Positions 43,821 through 61,875 of a DNA stretch of 64,000 bases are shown here, piece after piece. Numbering within the stretch: the first letter of the stretch is position 1; each line of letters begins with the position of its first letter. The stretch lies in NCBI RefSeq assembly GCF_009914755.1, contig NC_060939.1. One strand, given 5' to 3'. The translations under genes and the position numbers were made by a program. The notes under the pieces were generated by a model. It saw only the letters and a program-made list of their open reading frames with translations, did not search any database and was not told where the DNA came from. This DNA is from the human T2T-CHM13v2.0 reference genome, Homo sapiens.

Positions 43821-44679
43821 TTACAATAACCTTTTAACTGGTTTCTCTGTTTCTATCTTTGCCCTATCACCAACCACCACACCCTGTGGGCTACTCCCAA
43901 CAAAGTGGCCAGAGTGATTCTTTTTGAAGATGACATTAGTCCTTTGCTCCAAAGTCTTTACCATGGCCATAAAAACCCAGTATGACCCAATCCTCTGCCA
44001 TCTTTCTGATCTAATCTCATACTAGTCTATTCTTCATTCATTCAGCTCTAGCCAGGCAGCCTCCGTGATAGCTCCGCGGCAGGAGTGGGCCCTGCACTGG
44101 CTTGCTCTGTCAGCTTCTAGGACTTTTCTCCCATATAACTTATCCCTTTACTTTCTTTGTTACTTGCTCCATGTTATCTTCAACAGACAGTTCTTCCCTG
44201 ACTTCCCCATATAAAATACTCCCAGTCACTCGCTATAGCTCTCATCCTGCTTTATTTTTCATCATTGCACTTATCACCAGTGATGTTATAATTTTATTAA
44301 TTTGTTTACCAGCTATCTTCCTTGACTAGAATTTAAGCTTCATGATAGCAGGCTTTGTCTGTTTTGCTCATTGCTGTATCATCTGGTATATGTAAGGAGT
44401 TCAATAAAATCTGTTGAATGAATAAATGAAAAAAAAAATTTCAGTCCCCCAGATGAAGAAAAAGTCCTTGGAAAGACTGGGACCACTTAAGAATGAGTTT
44501 TTATATAAATTAGTATGAAAATGAAATGTTTATTTTATAACATATAGATCTCAATATATTTTCATTCTACCAGTAACTGACTACTCTATGGGATTATCTA
44601 AGGAGGATGGTTCTATCCACCTATCACAAACAACTTGGTAAACCTCTAAAAAATATATGTAAATGATAGCCTTTTAAAG

Positions 44680-45146
44680 CAGGGGTCCCCAACTCTCATC
44701 CCTGTTAGGAACGGGGCCACACAGCAGGAGGTGAGCAACCAAGCGCATTACTGCCTGAGCTCTGCCTCCTGTCACATCAGTGGCAACATTAGATTCTCAT
44801 AGGAGCCTGTGAACCCTATTGTGAACTGTGCATGTGAGGGATCAAGGTTGCATGGTCCTTATGAGAATCTAATGCCTGATGATCTGTCACTGTCTCCCAT
44901 TGCTCCCAGAAGAGACCACTATCTAGTTGCAGAAAAACAAGCAGGCTCCCACTGATTCTACATTATGGTGAGTTATATAATTATTTCATTATATATTACA
45001 ATGTAATAATAACATAAATAAACTGTACTATAAATGTAATGAGCTTGAATCATCCCCAAACCATCTCCCCCACCCCTCCATCTGTGGGAAAATTTTTTAT
45101 CTTCCATGAATTTGGTCCCTGGTGCCAAAATGGTTGGGGACTGCTG
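44680..45146 (+). mobile_element. MER1A (hAT-Charlie MITE)
   Basis: TIRs CAGGGGTCCCCAAC and GTTGGGGACTGCTG; TSD TTTTAAAG. Confidence 0.92.
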
Positions 45147-45229
45147 TTTTAAAGGACAGAGTTATAAAGAAAATTGAAAGCCCTTCTGGTAGATGAGGGC
45201 CCTGGAATCACTTAACTTAGCCCCTTGAT

Positions 45230-48700
<3,471 letters not shown>

Positions 48701-49444
48701 ATGGAAGTCCTGTATACCTGGATTGGCATTAATTTCTCTCGTGATTTGAAATTTTTTAATTATGAACTTATCTTCACAAAGATTATTTTTCAGAGGAGTC
48801 TCATATCCTGTGGGTTACAGAAGCAGTTTCACATTTGTCTCTGCTGAATTTCTAAGGGTTTAATGGTTCCAGACCAATTTGTATACGGATTTATTGATTT
48901 AGAGTCCTTGTACCAGAAGGAAACTGTTATATCAAATGAAACTCCACATTCATCTACAAAACAGGCTTAAGGCTCTGGTTCTCATATTTTACCCTTCTAC
49001 ATGCCCTGAGCAAACAGCAAGCTTACCTGAAACTTCCTGGGTCTGTCTGTGGGTTCCCTGTTTTAGTCCTATTTCACAGGTAAAAATCTCTCTTCAGGTT
49101 CTATGCTTTAGTTCATCAGTTCCAACTACTTTGTGAGGGCACAGAGTATGTGGCCTAGACATTCCTATGAACATTAAGACATCAATCCCCAGCATTTAAG
49201 GTCTGTATGAGGACATGAAAACCACTATGGGTCATTTAGAAATTAGTTCCTGCTTACGACCTTTCTTAAGTAAGCTCCCCTGATTCCTTGTTACTAGCAC
49301 CTATGAATTTAATTTCTCTTTCTTGATTTGAAGCTTTTATATACGTATATAACCTTTCTGTATATATCTTATCAAAAGTTTATGTCCGGAGTGTGGGGTG
49401 AAAATCCTGCCACAAGAGCTCAACTATACTGTCTAGGAGTCTTT

Positions 49445-49592
49445 TATTATATGGGTGTATACATATACTATATGTATACCTATGAACTGTATACATGTGT
49501 GTATGTGTATATATGTATAATATACACACATATCTATACATGTGTGTATAATAAACACACATATCTATACATATGTGTGTATAATAAACACA
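49445..49592. repeat. TA/TG/CA low-complexity region with a short internal tandem duplication
   Basis: acacacatatctataca(ta)tgtgtgtataataa occurs twice. Confidence 0.8.
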
Positions 49593-50070
49593 CCATAGTT
49601 TTATACCAGTGTTAATGGAATATTTTTGAAAACTTCCCCCAAATTCCACCACTACAACCAATAAACTCTTTCCTTCTTTCCCATATTCTCTCCTGTATGT
49701 ATTCATGAACATATCTAATTTTTAACACAGCTATAATCAAAGCAGGGTATTATTTAAATTTACCAAAATCATGTTCTACTAAGAGTCTTCAAATTTTTAA
49801 TGTAATGTATTTTTTGTAATATTCCATTTAGTGGATGTTTCAGTTTCCTGAACTAACACCTGAATATACTTTGAGTGTTTCAATTAAAATAATGCTTCAG
49901 TGTTCTGCTTCAGATAACGACAAGTTAACATATATTAAAATAAACTTGCTACACATAACAATTATACATTCTGGACAAAATATAAAAACAAACATTAAAT
50001 CAAAAGAGTAATCAAAAGCAGGAAGCAACTGGAAGGAAGTTAGCCTTAAATGAGAAAACTGTACTGGTAG

Positions 50071-50337
<267 letters not shown>

Positions 50338-51670
50338 CACTAGTAGAATTTTTATAAGGCTTTTGCCTGAGGGTACTTATCAGCCCATGTGGCAATGGTC
50401 ACTTAGACTGAAGCAGGAATCTGTTGTCTTGCTAGCTTAAAAAGGACAAAGTTTGGGGTTGCCAAGGCAGCTTAAAAGTGAAAGGTGAAATCCCAGAAAG
50501 GAAAGTGCTCCAAAATTTCTATATGAACTACGCCCAGTATTTGAATGACCCTAGTTTGAGGAAGACTCCAAGGTTCTTCACAAAAAGAAACAGCTGGAAG
50601 GTGGAAGGATTTGAGATGAGATTTCTGCTGCTGCCTGTCACAGAAAAAATAAAGTTGGGGTTTGAATCCAGCCACATTAGATGTCTACTAAAACAAAAAG
50701 TCAACACTCATCAGAGAAAAAGAACAGAATCCAAAGTCTATAACATATCACTGATAATGCCCATTACACAAGCAAAATACACTATAGTGAACAAACAGGA
50801 AAAAAAGACCTAGAGTCAAGAGAAAAAGCAGCTCACAGACACTAAATCCTGAATGATCCAAAGTGTCAGAATTAGCAGACAAGGACTTCAAAGCAAGTAT
50901 TATAAACATGTTCAAGTATTTAAAGGAAAATATGGTCATAATAAATGTTCGCATGGGGAAATCTCAGCTGAAAAATGGAAGTTATGAAAAAAACCAAATG
51001 GAAGTTCTAGAACTTAAAAGTTATAATGTCTGAAATGAAAAATTCATTGGATGACCTTAATTTGAGATCAGATGGCAGAAAAAGGGTCACTTAACTGGAA
51101 AATCAATAGGTCTATTGAATGTGAAGAAAAGATTTTTTAAAAATAATAAACAGAGCTTCAGAAATTTAAAGTGCAATATCAAGTGGTCTAACTATGTACA
51201 ATGGGAGAGGAGAGATAATGAGACAGAAAAATATAATGTTTAATAAATGGCCAAAGTCTTCCCAAATCCTATGAAAAACACAAACTTCTAGATCCAAGAA
51301 GTTCAGCAAATTCCAAGCAGGATAATTATAAAGAAACCCACACATTGTCAAAAGGATCAAAAAACAAAGATAAAAAGCACACTGTGAAAGCAGCCAGAAA
51401 AAAGTAACATTGCATGCAGTGAAAAAGTTGTATGAATGAAACCTGACTAATGATACCTGACTTCTACATAGTAAACTGATTTGCAGCAGAGGTACCAAAG
51501 CAATTCGAGGGACAAAAGAAAATCCTTATTACAAATCCTGGTGGAGTAACTAGACACATCTGTAAACAAATGTACAAACCTCATACTATAGAAAAATTTG
51601 AGCTGAAGCTTAAAGTGTCTAGAAGAAACCATAGGAGAATATGATGTGAGAGCTGACAAAGATTTCTTAG

Positions 51671-51976
<306 letters not shown>

Positions 51977-52001
51977 ACTGCAATAAACATTTTTAAAAAG
52001 G

Positions 52002-52256
52002 CTTTGGGAAGCCAAGGCGGAAAAATTGCTTGAGGCCAGGAGTTTGAGACCAGCCTGGGCAACACAGTGAGACTCTATTTCTACAAATTTTTTTTTAAAA
52101 AGCCAGGCGTGGTGGTGCATGCCTGTAGCCCTTAGCTACTTGGAGGCTGAGAATTGCTTGAGCCCAGGAGTTCAAGGCTTCAGTGAGCTCTGATCATGTT
52201 ACTGCAATTCACCCAGGACAACAGAACAAGACCCTGTTTCTAAAAATAAAAATAAA
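52002..52256 (+). mobile_element. AluJ
   Basis: Diverged sense Alu. Confidence 0.88.
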
Positions 52257-53074
52257 TCAGACCCCATCGAAATAAGAATAAACTTCTATTCACTGAAAGA
52301 CATCAATTAAGACAGTAAAAAAAAAACAACTACATAAAATACTCGAAAAACATATCTGACAAAAGACTTATGCCCAGAATACATAAGGAACTCCTACAAC
52401 TCCATAGTAAAGACAGGTAACTCAATTAATAAAGAGCAAACAACTGGAATAGATATTTCACAAAAAAGGTACACAAATGTCCAATAAACACATGAAAAGA
52501 TGTTCAAGGAACCAAGCCACCAAGGAAATACAAATCAAAATCGCAACAATACACCAGTAGGAGGCTTAAATTTAAAATTCCAAAAACCCAAATATTGGCA
52601 AGGCTTTGAAGCAACCATAGCTTTCATACATTTATGGTGGGAATGTGAAAGGCAAAACCACCTTGGACTAGTTTAGCATTTAGACATAAACCTACCATAA
52701 GTATTTATCCAACAGGAATCAAACTAGATGTCCACAAAACAGATGTTGAAGAAAAAGAATGTTCATAGCATCTTTATAATTCCAAACTGGAATCAATCCA
52801 AATGATGTCAATGTAAGAATAAATAAATGCTTTGTGGCATAGTCACACAATGGAATACTACTCAGCAATTAAAAGTAACCCATACATACACAGAGGAACA
52901 TGGATGAATCTAATAAATATTATACTGAGCCATATAAAACACCTAGAAAAGTTCATTCTATATGATTTTACTTATATGAAGTTCTAGAGTAGATAAAATT
53001 AATCCATGGTAAAGGAAAAATTAGAAAAAGTATCTGTCTCAGGATGAGGCTTCCCTGCTCACTGGGAAGGATCA

Positions 53075-53458
53075 TGTACAGACAACATAATGCAATGCTC
53101 CATTTCCCCTTTTCAGGAAAGAATTTTGTCCACTGCTGGGAGTGCAGTGCAGTGCAGCACAAAGCCATGGGTGTCTGTCAGCATTCAGTGTCTGTACCCT
53201 TGGGTATGATTGCTTAGGCTGAAGGAAATATCACTTCTCAAGGTCATACCAATTTCCAGGGACAGCCCATATCTAGACACTAATCAACATGGGGATATTA
53301 AGGCCCAGCCCCTTCCCCCAACCTGGGACAGCTTTGATTGGTCATTCTATCTTCAGAACTCTTCAGCATTGCAGTTCAACTTCACCTCTGCCCAAGCTGT
53401 TTCCTTCCCATCCATTCCCTTCCATAGATATGAATCACAAAAGCATTCCCTAATAAAG
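53075..53458 (+). mobile_element. ERVL LTR (LTR16-like), followed by a MER5A fragment (53459-53562)
   Basis: caaggtcatacc...gggacagcccatatc...aggcccagcccctt...ctctgcccaa...ccctaataaa. Confidence 0.65.
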
Positions 53459-54429
53459 CAGTTCTTAAAAAAATATGATTCCTGGACTAACGGTATCAGT
53501 ATTCCTGGGAACTAGTTAAAATGCAAATTTATGGGTCCCACTACAGACCTACTGAATCAGACAGCAGAAGCACCATCTACACATGAAGAGCTTCCTATCA
53601 ACTTTTTGTGCCCCACTCTTAAACATACTCAGATGGACAGACAACTGGAAAAAACTCTCTAATATGAAAGACAGGAAAAAAGGGGGTGAAACCCTTACTT
53701 GGAAGAAATAACACTGTGCAAAAAGAAAACAAAATTTTAATCCTCACAAAGGTTAAGGGAAGACACGGCATTCAAGAAACACAAATTGGATACTATATAC
53801 ATATATTTTTAAAGTATATTCAGAAAGTTAAAAAGAGACATCTTAGAAATTAAATCTATTTAGGCTGGCTATTTTCTGTTTGCTCTTTGAAATCACTCTC
53901 TACCCTCTGTGATAACCCAGGAAGCTGGACTTTTCACCATCAGTAGGGCTCCCTTCCTCTCTGGCCAATTTTTGTCACTGGACAGAGGTAGGGATGTAAA
54001 AGAAGAGAAAGCACCTGGTTCTCTCTGACAGGCAATGAGTTAGTGGTTTGGGTAACTGTGGTTTTTGTTAGCATGTTTTGTAATATCTTTTTGAGTCAAT
54101 AAATTATAAGTTCCTAAAGCTTTGATTAAAAAATTAAATATATGAAAATTCAAGTAAATAAAATTTCAAATAACAAAACCTCAAAGTTATCAAAAAAGAA
54201 ATGGAATTACCTATAGACAAAGGAGTTAGAAGAATATATTTGCAATTATCTATCTTTTTACCATTACTCCAACTAGTTAAGAAAGCATTTTCAGCAGCTG
54301 GAAAGATATGCACAAAAATACACGTATCACTCAATAATAAACCACCAATGCACATCTGAGCCTGCACTTTATAAAAGCAGATAACATTTGACTTTTAAAT
54401 ATTTCATAATTTAAATGTTCATTTATTAT

Positions 54430-56212
54430 TTTGGGGTTTCTTAAACATTTTTATTTTATACATGTTTATTTCAATTCAAATTTTGACAGACTAAAAGACT
54501 GTATTTTATTAGTCCATTTATAGGCAATTTTGCAACACTGATTTCTTGTGGGAAAAAAAAAACAGACAGATAGTAATTATTACGATCTGTGGAACTGAAT
54601 GACCAGGAAAACCGACCTCTTACTGCAAACCAAGCACATGGAAAGCCCACCCATGCAGCAGCAGTGTCTTGATGATCAGCTGAATGGAGATATAACATCT
54701 TATGTTGTGCCCAGAAGGTAGGGTAAGGCTCAAGGCTGCAAGGGGCAAAATGTTCTCATAAAGGCAAGATTCAGGTGCTGCTTGCTGAAGCACTCCACAG
54801 ACACACCCTGTCTGTCCCAATGGCTTGTGACTGCCACACAGCAACAATGAACACAATATACTCTCACTCTCACTCTCAGAGCAAGTATCTTCCCCTTATG
54901 AGAGAATGAATTCAGGCAATTCTTTACAAAAATGACAGCATTTGTTCCAAGGCACCAACAGTATAATGCTTTTTAGAAAATACACAGAAATAAACAGACT
55001 AAACATGGGAATTAGTTCTTAATGGTGGAATCTGTTACTACTGTATCTAGCGTAATAATAACTTCGGATAGATTACAATCAAAATGCTTATCAAATAGAC
55101 TGTGCTGTGTGAGGGAATGTCTGACCAAAGAGTATTCTCACAGGCACTTTGGGTGCTGGCTGGTAAGCGCTCACAGGGATTCTTCTCAGTGCCAGAGAAG
55201 CTGAGCATCACATGTATTTGTAAAATCCTTCTCCAGACTTCTTGCCAAGCTTCTTCTCTGCCATCAGCTTTTTCAAGGATGGGCTGGGCTGAAATATGGG
55301 GTTCTTTGTATCTATTTCATGCCATCCATCCATGATGAACTGCACAGAATCCAGCCCAACGTAATCTAGAAGCTCAAGTGAGCCCATGGGGTACCTGGCT
55401 CCTAACTACATAGCAGTGTCAGTGTTCTCCTTGGATACATCACCTCATTCATGCAGCCTGACTGCTTCCATGAGGTGTTGAATCCTGAGACAGCTGACAA
55501 TAAACCCAGGAGTGTCCTTGCAAGGAACAGGATGCTTTCCCAGGGTTTTGCTCAAGTTTACCAAAGATTCAAATGTCTTTCGGGTGGTCATTGGTGTTTT
55601 AAAGACCTCTACAAATTTCATCAGGGGCACTGGGTTGAGTAAATGGAGGCCAGCAAATCGGTCTTGTTTGGTGGTAGCATTGGCTATGCTTGTAATTTGC
55701 AAAGAGGAAGTGCTGCTGGCAAACTTGTATGTTCAGCAACAAACTTGTCCAACCTCTTGGAGAGCTTGATTTTCACCTTTAGATTTTCTACAATGGCCTC
55801 TACCACTAGGTCTGTGCTGTGGACTACGGATATTGCATCTGTGCTGGTTGATATGCTGCTTAGGGTTTTCTCCACAAATTCATCAAAAGCCTTAGGGTTT
55901 TCTACAAACAACTTCTTTGTCACTTTCCTAAGGCTTTTCTCAATTCCCTCTTTATATTTTGCCAAGATGTCCTCTGTCTGGTCTAGCAACACTACTGTGT
56001 GGCCGGTCACTGCAGCAACCTGTGTGATGCTGATGACCATCATGTGCTTGATGATGATTTTTCTTGCCCAAGGTTGTGGACAAGGAAGACAAAGAGTGCA
56101 TGAACTGCCTGGTGATGAAAGCCATGGTGCAGTGGCGGCGGCGACTGCAACAAGACCCAGGCAGGAAAGGCGCGTGTGGTGTTGGGACCAGCAGACGGGC
56201 AGCCTCTGAGGC
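54430..56212 (-). pseudogene. Processed pseudogene of HADH (short-chain L-3-hydroxyacyl-CoA dehydrogenase); CDS relic 55208-56125 plus both UTRs
   Basis: Intronless MAFITRQF...KIIIKH...[17 protein letters not shown]...[14 protein letters not shown]...[19 protein letters not shown]...KDTPGFIV...GEGFYKY*; at least two frameshifts, premature TGA at 55445-55447; AATAAA signals near 54450-54510. Confidence 0.95.
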
Positions 56213-57624
56213 CATTTTCTATTTTTGAATAAAATGATACTACTAATTTTATCTGCAAATAAGTTTTGTTCAAATGACAATGTATGCTCAACATTAATAT
56301 TTTTCTAATTTTTTAAATTGATGATTGTTGATAATTGATAATGACAGGCATTGAACTTCCTGTTTTGCTGATTTTTAACTTTTACAAAAATTTTAATTAA
56401 ATAGTATCAGTCTGGTATTTTGGTATTAGATTTTAAAAAACAAAATTTCAGTACCATAATTGTGCTGTGGTATCATAACTATTACATTTATGGAACATGC
56501 TAACTACTCATCTTCTAAATCTTTCAAGATTTACATCTCAAGTCATATTACCAGAATGTTATTGATATAAAGTAGTAGGGAAGAGGGGGAAAACATCAGC
56601 AATAAAGCAGATAAAAATTTAAGCAACAGAGATGGCTTGAGAAAGCATATTGTGTTTTCTCTAAATCAAACTATAGGGTGAAGCTAGATAAAGCTTTCTT
56701 ATCCAGGGGGGCTACACAAAAGAAATAATAAATTTTAGGAAGCATGTGTTTAAAAATTAAAAAAACTTAGTCTAATCCTACTTTCTCACAAAGAAATGTC
56801 ACAAAAATACCATGTAACATTTCCCTTTATTCAAATTTAAAGATGATACAATAAATAAATTAGCAGTCATGGGCCAAACATATATAATATATAATACAAT
56901 GTAAGCAATAGTATCACAGAAAGAACATTTAGATATCTTGTTTGCTAGAAACATTTCAGAAACTTTCCCCAGTTTCAACAAATCATTGATAAACTATTTT
57001 TTACTGCAGAAAATATTCTAGGAGACTCTCACTTGTCCCTTCCAACACCAAGTTTAGCCTCTATCCAAAAGTTCAATGCTATTTTTACATTTATTTGGAG
57101 TCCTCAAGTCTGAAGTCAGAGTGACTCACAACTCCTATATACTTGATTCAAATTTCTTGTGTTATAGAAACAGAGGTATCTGTGAATACCAGATACTAGA
57201 TTTAACCCAAAGACAATCTGAAATAGAGGAGGTATACTATAATAGATCAACGAGAAGAAGCTCTTACATTCTATCCTTACCAGGACAAATCAAACTCTTA
57301 GCTTCTACCCCTATAAAATAATTAATTCTGTTAAAAACACATTGACTTCAGATCCCTTTTGTAGGTTGTGACTTGGCTCGCAGTCCATCATAGCAAAACT
57401 TATTTTTACCTTATACTTGCTTATATTAAATGAAAACTATTTACTTTTACTTTTGTTTGCTCATATGCTATAAAACAAAATTTTTTATATTTAAAAAAAT
57501 AATAATAGTCATAATAGTGGCTAATGCTAAAAAGGTGTAGCCAGAAAAAAAGGAAATAAAAAACATTCGGAATCACACCATGAAGACATTTAAATTCACT
57601 TACTTTGTCTTCTTAAAAATAATG

Positions 57625-58280
57625 GATTCTGTTGGTAAGGATGGGGAGAAATTGGAATCCTTGCACATTGCTTGTGGGAATGAAAGATGATATGGCTGCT
57701 CTTGAAAAACTTGACATATCTTCAAAAAGCTAAAACAGAGAATTACCACTTGACCTAACAATTCCACCCAAAGAAATAAAAATAGGAATGCAAACAAAAA
57801 CCTCTACACAAATGGGCTGATGTTCATAGCAGCACTGTTCACAAGAGTCAAATGGAGGAAACAACCCAAATGACCATAAGTGGATGAATGGATAAACAAA
57901 ATGTGATATATTATTAAAATGAAATATTATTCAACCATAAAAAGGAATGCAGTATCAACAAATGCTACAATATGGATAAACCTTGAAAACTTTATGCTAA
58001 GTGAAAGAAGGCAGACATAAAAGGTCACATATTGTATGACTCCCTGTATACAAAATCTCCAGAATAGCTATATCCAGAGAGATAGAAAGCAGATGAGTGG
58101 TTGGTTGGGGTTGCGGAAATGAAGAGTGACTGCTTAATGCATATTCCTTTTGGATGATGAAAAATGTTCTTGAACTAGATAGAGGTGATGGCTACATAAC
58201 ACTGTAAAGTTACTAAATGCTACTGAATCATACACTTTATGTGGTTAATTTTTATGTTATTAATTTTACTTAATAAAAAA
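57625..58280 (+). mobile_element. L1MB 3' end
   Basis: gttcatagcagcactgttcacaa...gatgaatggataaacaaaatgtg...aataaaaaa. Confidence 0.88.
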
Positions 58281-58969
58281 TAATTAGGATCATAAAATTA
58301 AGAAAAAACTTCCTTTAGATACTACTAGTGCCTAATCAACAGATTGCAAACTATCAATTCTGTTTCTCTCTGTAATCCAAGTTGCCTTTGAAATAGTCAT
58401 TGTTCTTAGTACTTGCCTGCTCTTATGAATTTTAGAGACTCTACTTTTCATGAAAGGAAATTAACCAAAGACCCGTGTTTCTCAACCAGGTACTGACATT
58501 TAGGATGGCACCCTGCTTTACTTTATGGGTTTATCAAATGCATTATAAGATGTTTGGAATCATACAATGGTGTTCACTAAATGCCAGCAGTGCTTCCTAG
58601 ACATTCTGACAGCTAAAATTGCCCCACATTATTTCCACTTGTTTCTAGTTGAGAGCCACTGCTCTAGAACAAAATGACATATGCTATGTATTGTGTTACA
58701 TTATAAGAAGTTCCCTAATATACGCAACTCAATGCTCTACAAATGAGTCATTTCAAAAGCTCACACGTTTTTATGTATGGAAAGTAAACATCTTGCTTTT
58801 GACATAGGATGCTATAAAGATTTATTGATTTTATTGTTGTTCTAAACATAAAATCTAATTTCAGCCAGAAGAATGAACTTTATCATAAGGTAACTTGTGC
58901 CTGATATTTGATTACTAGATCATATTACACAAATGAATTTTCAACTTCTATTAATAACATTATTTCATT

Positions 58970-60420
58970 CATATATTTTCTTTGCTTTTTAAAAAATATT
59001 ATCAGGTTCCAAATATATAGGAAAGTTATAAAGAATAATATAACACCCATGTACCTGCTAGCCAGTTTGAACAAACTTCAACTTTTTCCTTTTTTCTTTA
59101 AGGAAGAAAACTTTACAGATAAAGTCCCCATGGGATCTTTTCCTATCTCATTCCACCATTCCTTTCTCAGTGGTGACCGCTATCCAGAAGTTGTTATTAT
59201 TCCCATGAATGTATATACATTTACTACAAATGCTGACTATCTCCATAAACAATACAATAGTTTTGTTTACTTCACAGGCATGAAGTTCTGCGGCATGTAT
59301 CACTCTTTTTTTAAAAAAAATTTACTTAATAGGCATTAGAAGTTTATCTATTTTGATACATTCTAGTTTACCCATTTTAACTGTTACATAGAAGTGTGGA
59401 TTCAATTGTGTGTCCAGACCCCTCCCCAAATTTGTATGTTGAAGCCCTAACCCCCAAGTGCTGTATCTGATGGAACGGATACAGCACTCGGAAGGAATCA
59501 ACCCTGCTGGCACCTTGATCTTCGACCTCAAGCCACCAGAACTGGTAAAAATAAAATAAAATAAAATAAATTTCTATTAAGCCATCAAGTCTGTGGTACT
59601 TTGTTATGGTTGCCCTAGCAAACTAATATGCACGGTATTCCATTGCTTTATTTATTCTTTAATAATGGGCTCTTAACGGTATTTCCAGCTCTGTACTGTA
59701 ACATACAACATTGCAACAAATGTTTGGTATGGAGATCTTGTTATTCATATTGCAGGACTTTTTCTTGGACACATACACAAATATTCGCACACACACTACA
59801 GTATGTTGATCTTCAACTTTCTAATTATTGCCAAATTGCCTTTCAAGGTAATTTTGGCCAATCTATACTCCATCAGCTGTGTATAAGACTGATTTCTCTC
59901 TATCCTCTCCAAAATTGGTAATGACAGACTTCTGCCAATCGGATGGGTATGAAATATTTTGTTTTAAAATGCATTTTTTTTAATCAGTGATGTTGAACAC
60001 CTTAATGTATTTGCTGATCACTAAGTTTTCTTCTGTGAATTGCCTACTCATATCCTTTACCCCTTTTTCTGCATGGTGGTTTTTATTATTTTATTTACTA
60101 ATAGAAGCTCTTTTTATACTTTAGATACTAATCTTTTGTCAACTACTTGAGTTACATCGCCATCAGCGGCATGTTGCTTTTTTTAAACAGTGTTCATTGT
60201 CCAAGGAAAATTTTTATTTTAATATAGTCAAATATTTTTCTTTATGAAAAGTGCTTTTGACATGTTTTTAAAAATCTTCCTTACCGTGAGCTCCCAAAGT
60301 TATTTTATTTTCTTCTAAACTTTTGCTTTTCACATTTGGGGGCTGAGTTTTTCTGGATTCCATGTGTGATGTGATAGTTTTTTTTTCATATAGATAATGA
60401 AATGTCCCAGTGGGCCATCC
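58970..60420 (-). mobile_element. Old L1ME fragments
   Basis: Degenerate antisense L1 3' region. Confidence 0.6.
59393..59630 (+). mobile_element. Internally deleted MLT1A/B-type LTR
   Basis: tatgttgaagccctaacccccaa...ctggcaccttgatctt...gtggtactttgttatgg...caaactaata. Confidence 0.8.
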
Positions 60421-61739
60421 CTTCCCTTGCACACAAGGCCTATGTCTTGTTAACCTGCTTCCTAAGTCTAGCACTTTGCCTGGTACACGTTAGGCAATTA
60501 TAAACATGTGACCAATAAAAGGAAGGATGGAAGAAAGAGAAGGGAGAGAAAGGGAAGCAAAGTAGGGATAGGAGTGTGGAAAAAAAGTATTTGGATCATG
60601 GTCTTTGATACAAACTATATATTTGAACCACAGAAGTCAAAGGGTATTAAAACAGATTCAAGGGGTGGACTGCAGGAAGATGGGCTTTCCAGGATTCTGG
60701 AATGCTAGAGGTAAATATATCACTTAAGTGCATCTGGGCACTGACTCTGCTTTCTCTCCCCCAGGATGAGAATATGGTCTTGCTAGTGCTGAATTAGTTC
60801 AAAATCCAGAAAATTGTGATGTTATAAATATCATTTATTAAGTCTTTGCAGAATGTTCAAGAAAGCCTAGGTACAAAAAGGCAATGATATATTCAGAACT
60901 TGATACAGCAATGCTAGCTGAACCTTTCTCGTAGGGACGGTGGCTATATGTACCACAGGAAACCTAAAGAGATGGGAAAAACTTTTTTAGATATACTGTA
61001 TTTGCTGCTATTCAGAATAGTCACTTGGTTTCTACATTCTTAACTAAATAATTTAGGAGCATACAACAGGTGGGTAATAGCCTCTTCCCAACAATCCCTA
61101 ACCTGAAGTTCAAAGGTGGAATGCTGTAGTGGAGGCAGTATAAAAAAGAAAAAAAAGAATGGGACCTAGAATGACTTTTGCCTCAGATGCCCTCAAAAGA
61201 AAAACATCTCTCCCTAGAGCAACGTATGTCTAGTTCAGTATAGTCAAGGAAATATGTTCCATTAGAGTAAAAGGGACTCAGCCTCCCAATGTAAGTACGC
61301 AACACCACCTACAAAGTATTCTTGCTGAAATATTGAAACATATCTCTATTTAACTACCAATTTATAGTAATAAAGGGGAAGAGGAATATGCTACATAGCA
61401 CCATGAAGATAAAATCAGCAAATCCAGACTGTGGGAAACTCCATAGGACAAAGGATCCAATTTCTTCAACAAATAAAAAACTTCAAGAAAAAATTTTTTA
61501 AAGGGATCTACAGTTTGAGAGATATCCACCAGTAGCCATAAGGACACTGATTCAAACAAACTGTAAATGTGATATGATGTCTGGGATTCCCTTCAAAATA
61601 ACCAATGAAGACTTACAGATAAATAAGATTAGCTATGAAACTAATTGTTAAAGTTGAATAATAAAGACCTGAGAGTTCATTGTCTTTTCTCTCCTTTTGT
61701 ATACATTCGAAATTTTTTACAATGAAAAGTTAAAAGAGG

Positions 61740-61875
61740 GGACTGGGTGTGGTGGCTCAGGCCTGTAACCCAGCACTTTGGGAGGCCAAGATGGAAGGAT
61801 CACTTGAGGCCAGGAGTTCAAGACCAGCCTGTTCAACATAGCAAGACCCCATCTCTGACAAAGAAAAAAAAAAAA
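61740..61875 (+). mobile_element. FLAM (Alu left monomer) within an L1M 3' fragment
   Basis: Single arm; TSD AAAAGTTAAAAGAG. Confidence 0.88.

Noticed and set aside
50458-50471. X-box-like GTTGCCAAGGCAGC (also GTTGCCCTAGCAAA at ~59608) suggesting RFX autoregulation
   Set aside because: Imperfect matches inside repeats; expected by chance
55643-56209. 188-aa plus-strand ORF
   Set aside because: Antisense shadow of the HADH pseudogene; no independent evidence of coding
58908-59339. 143-aa plus-strand ORF
   Set aside because: Non-ATG start, low-complexity composition, overlaps a decayed L1ME
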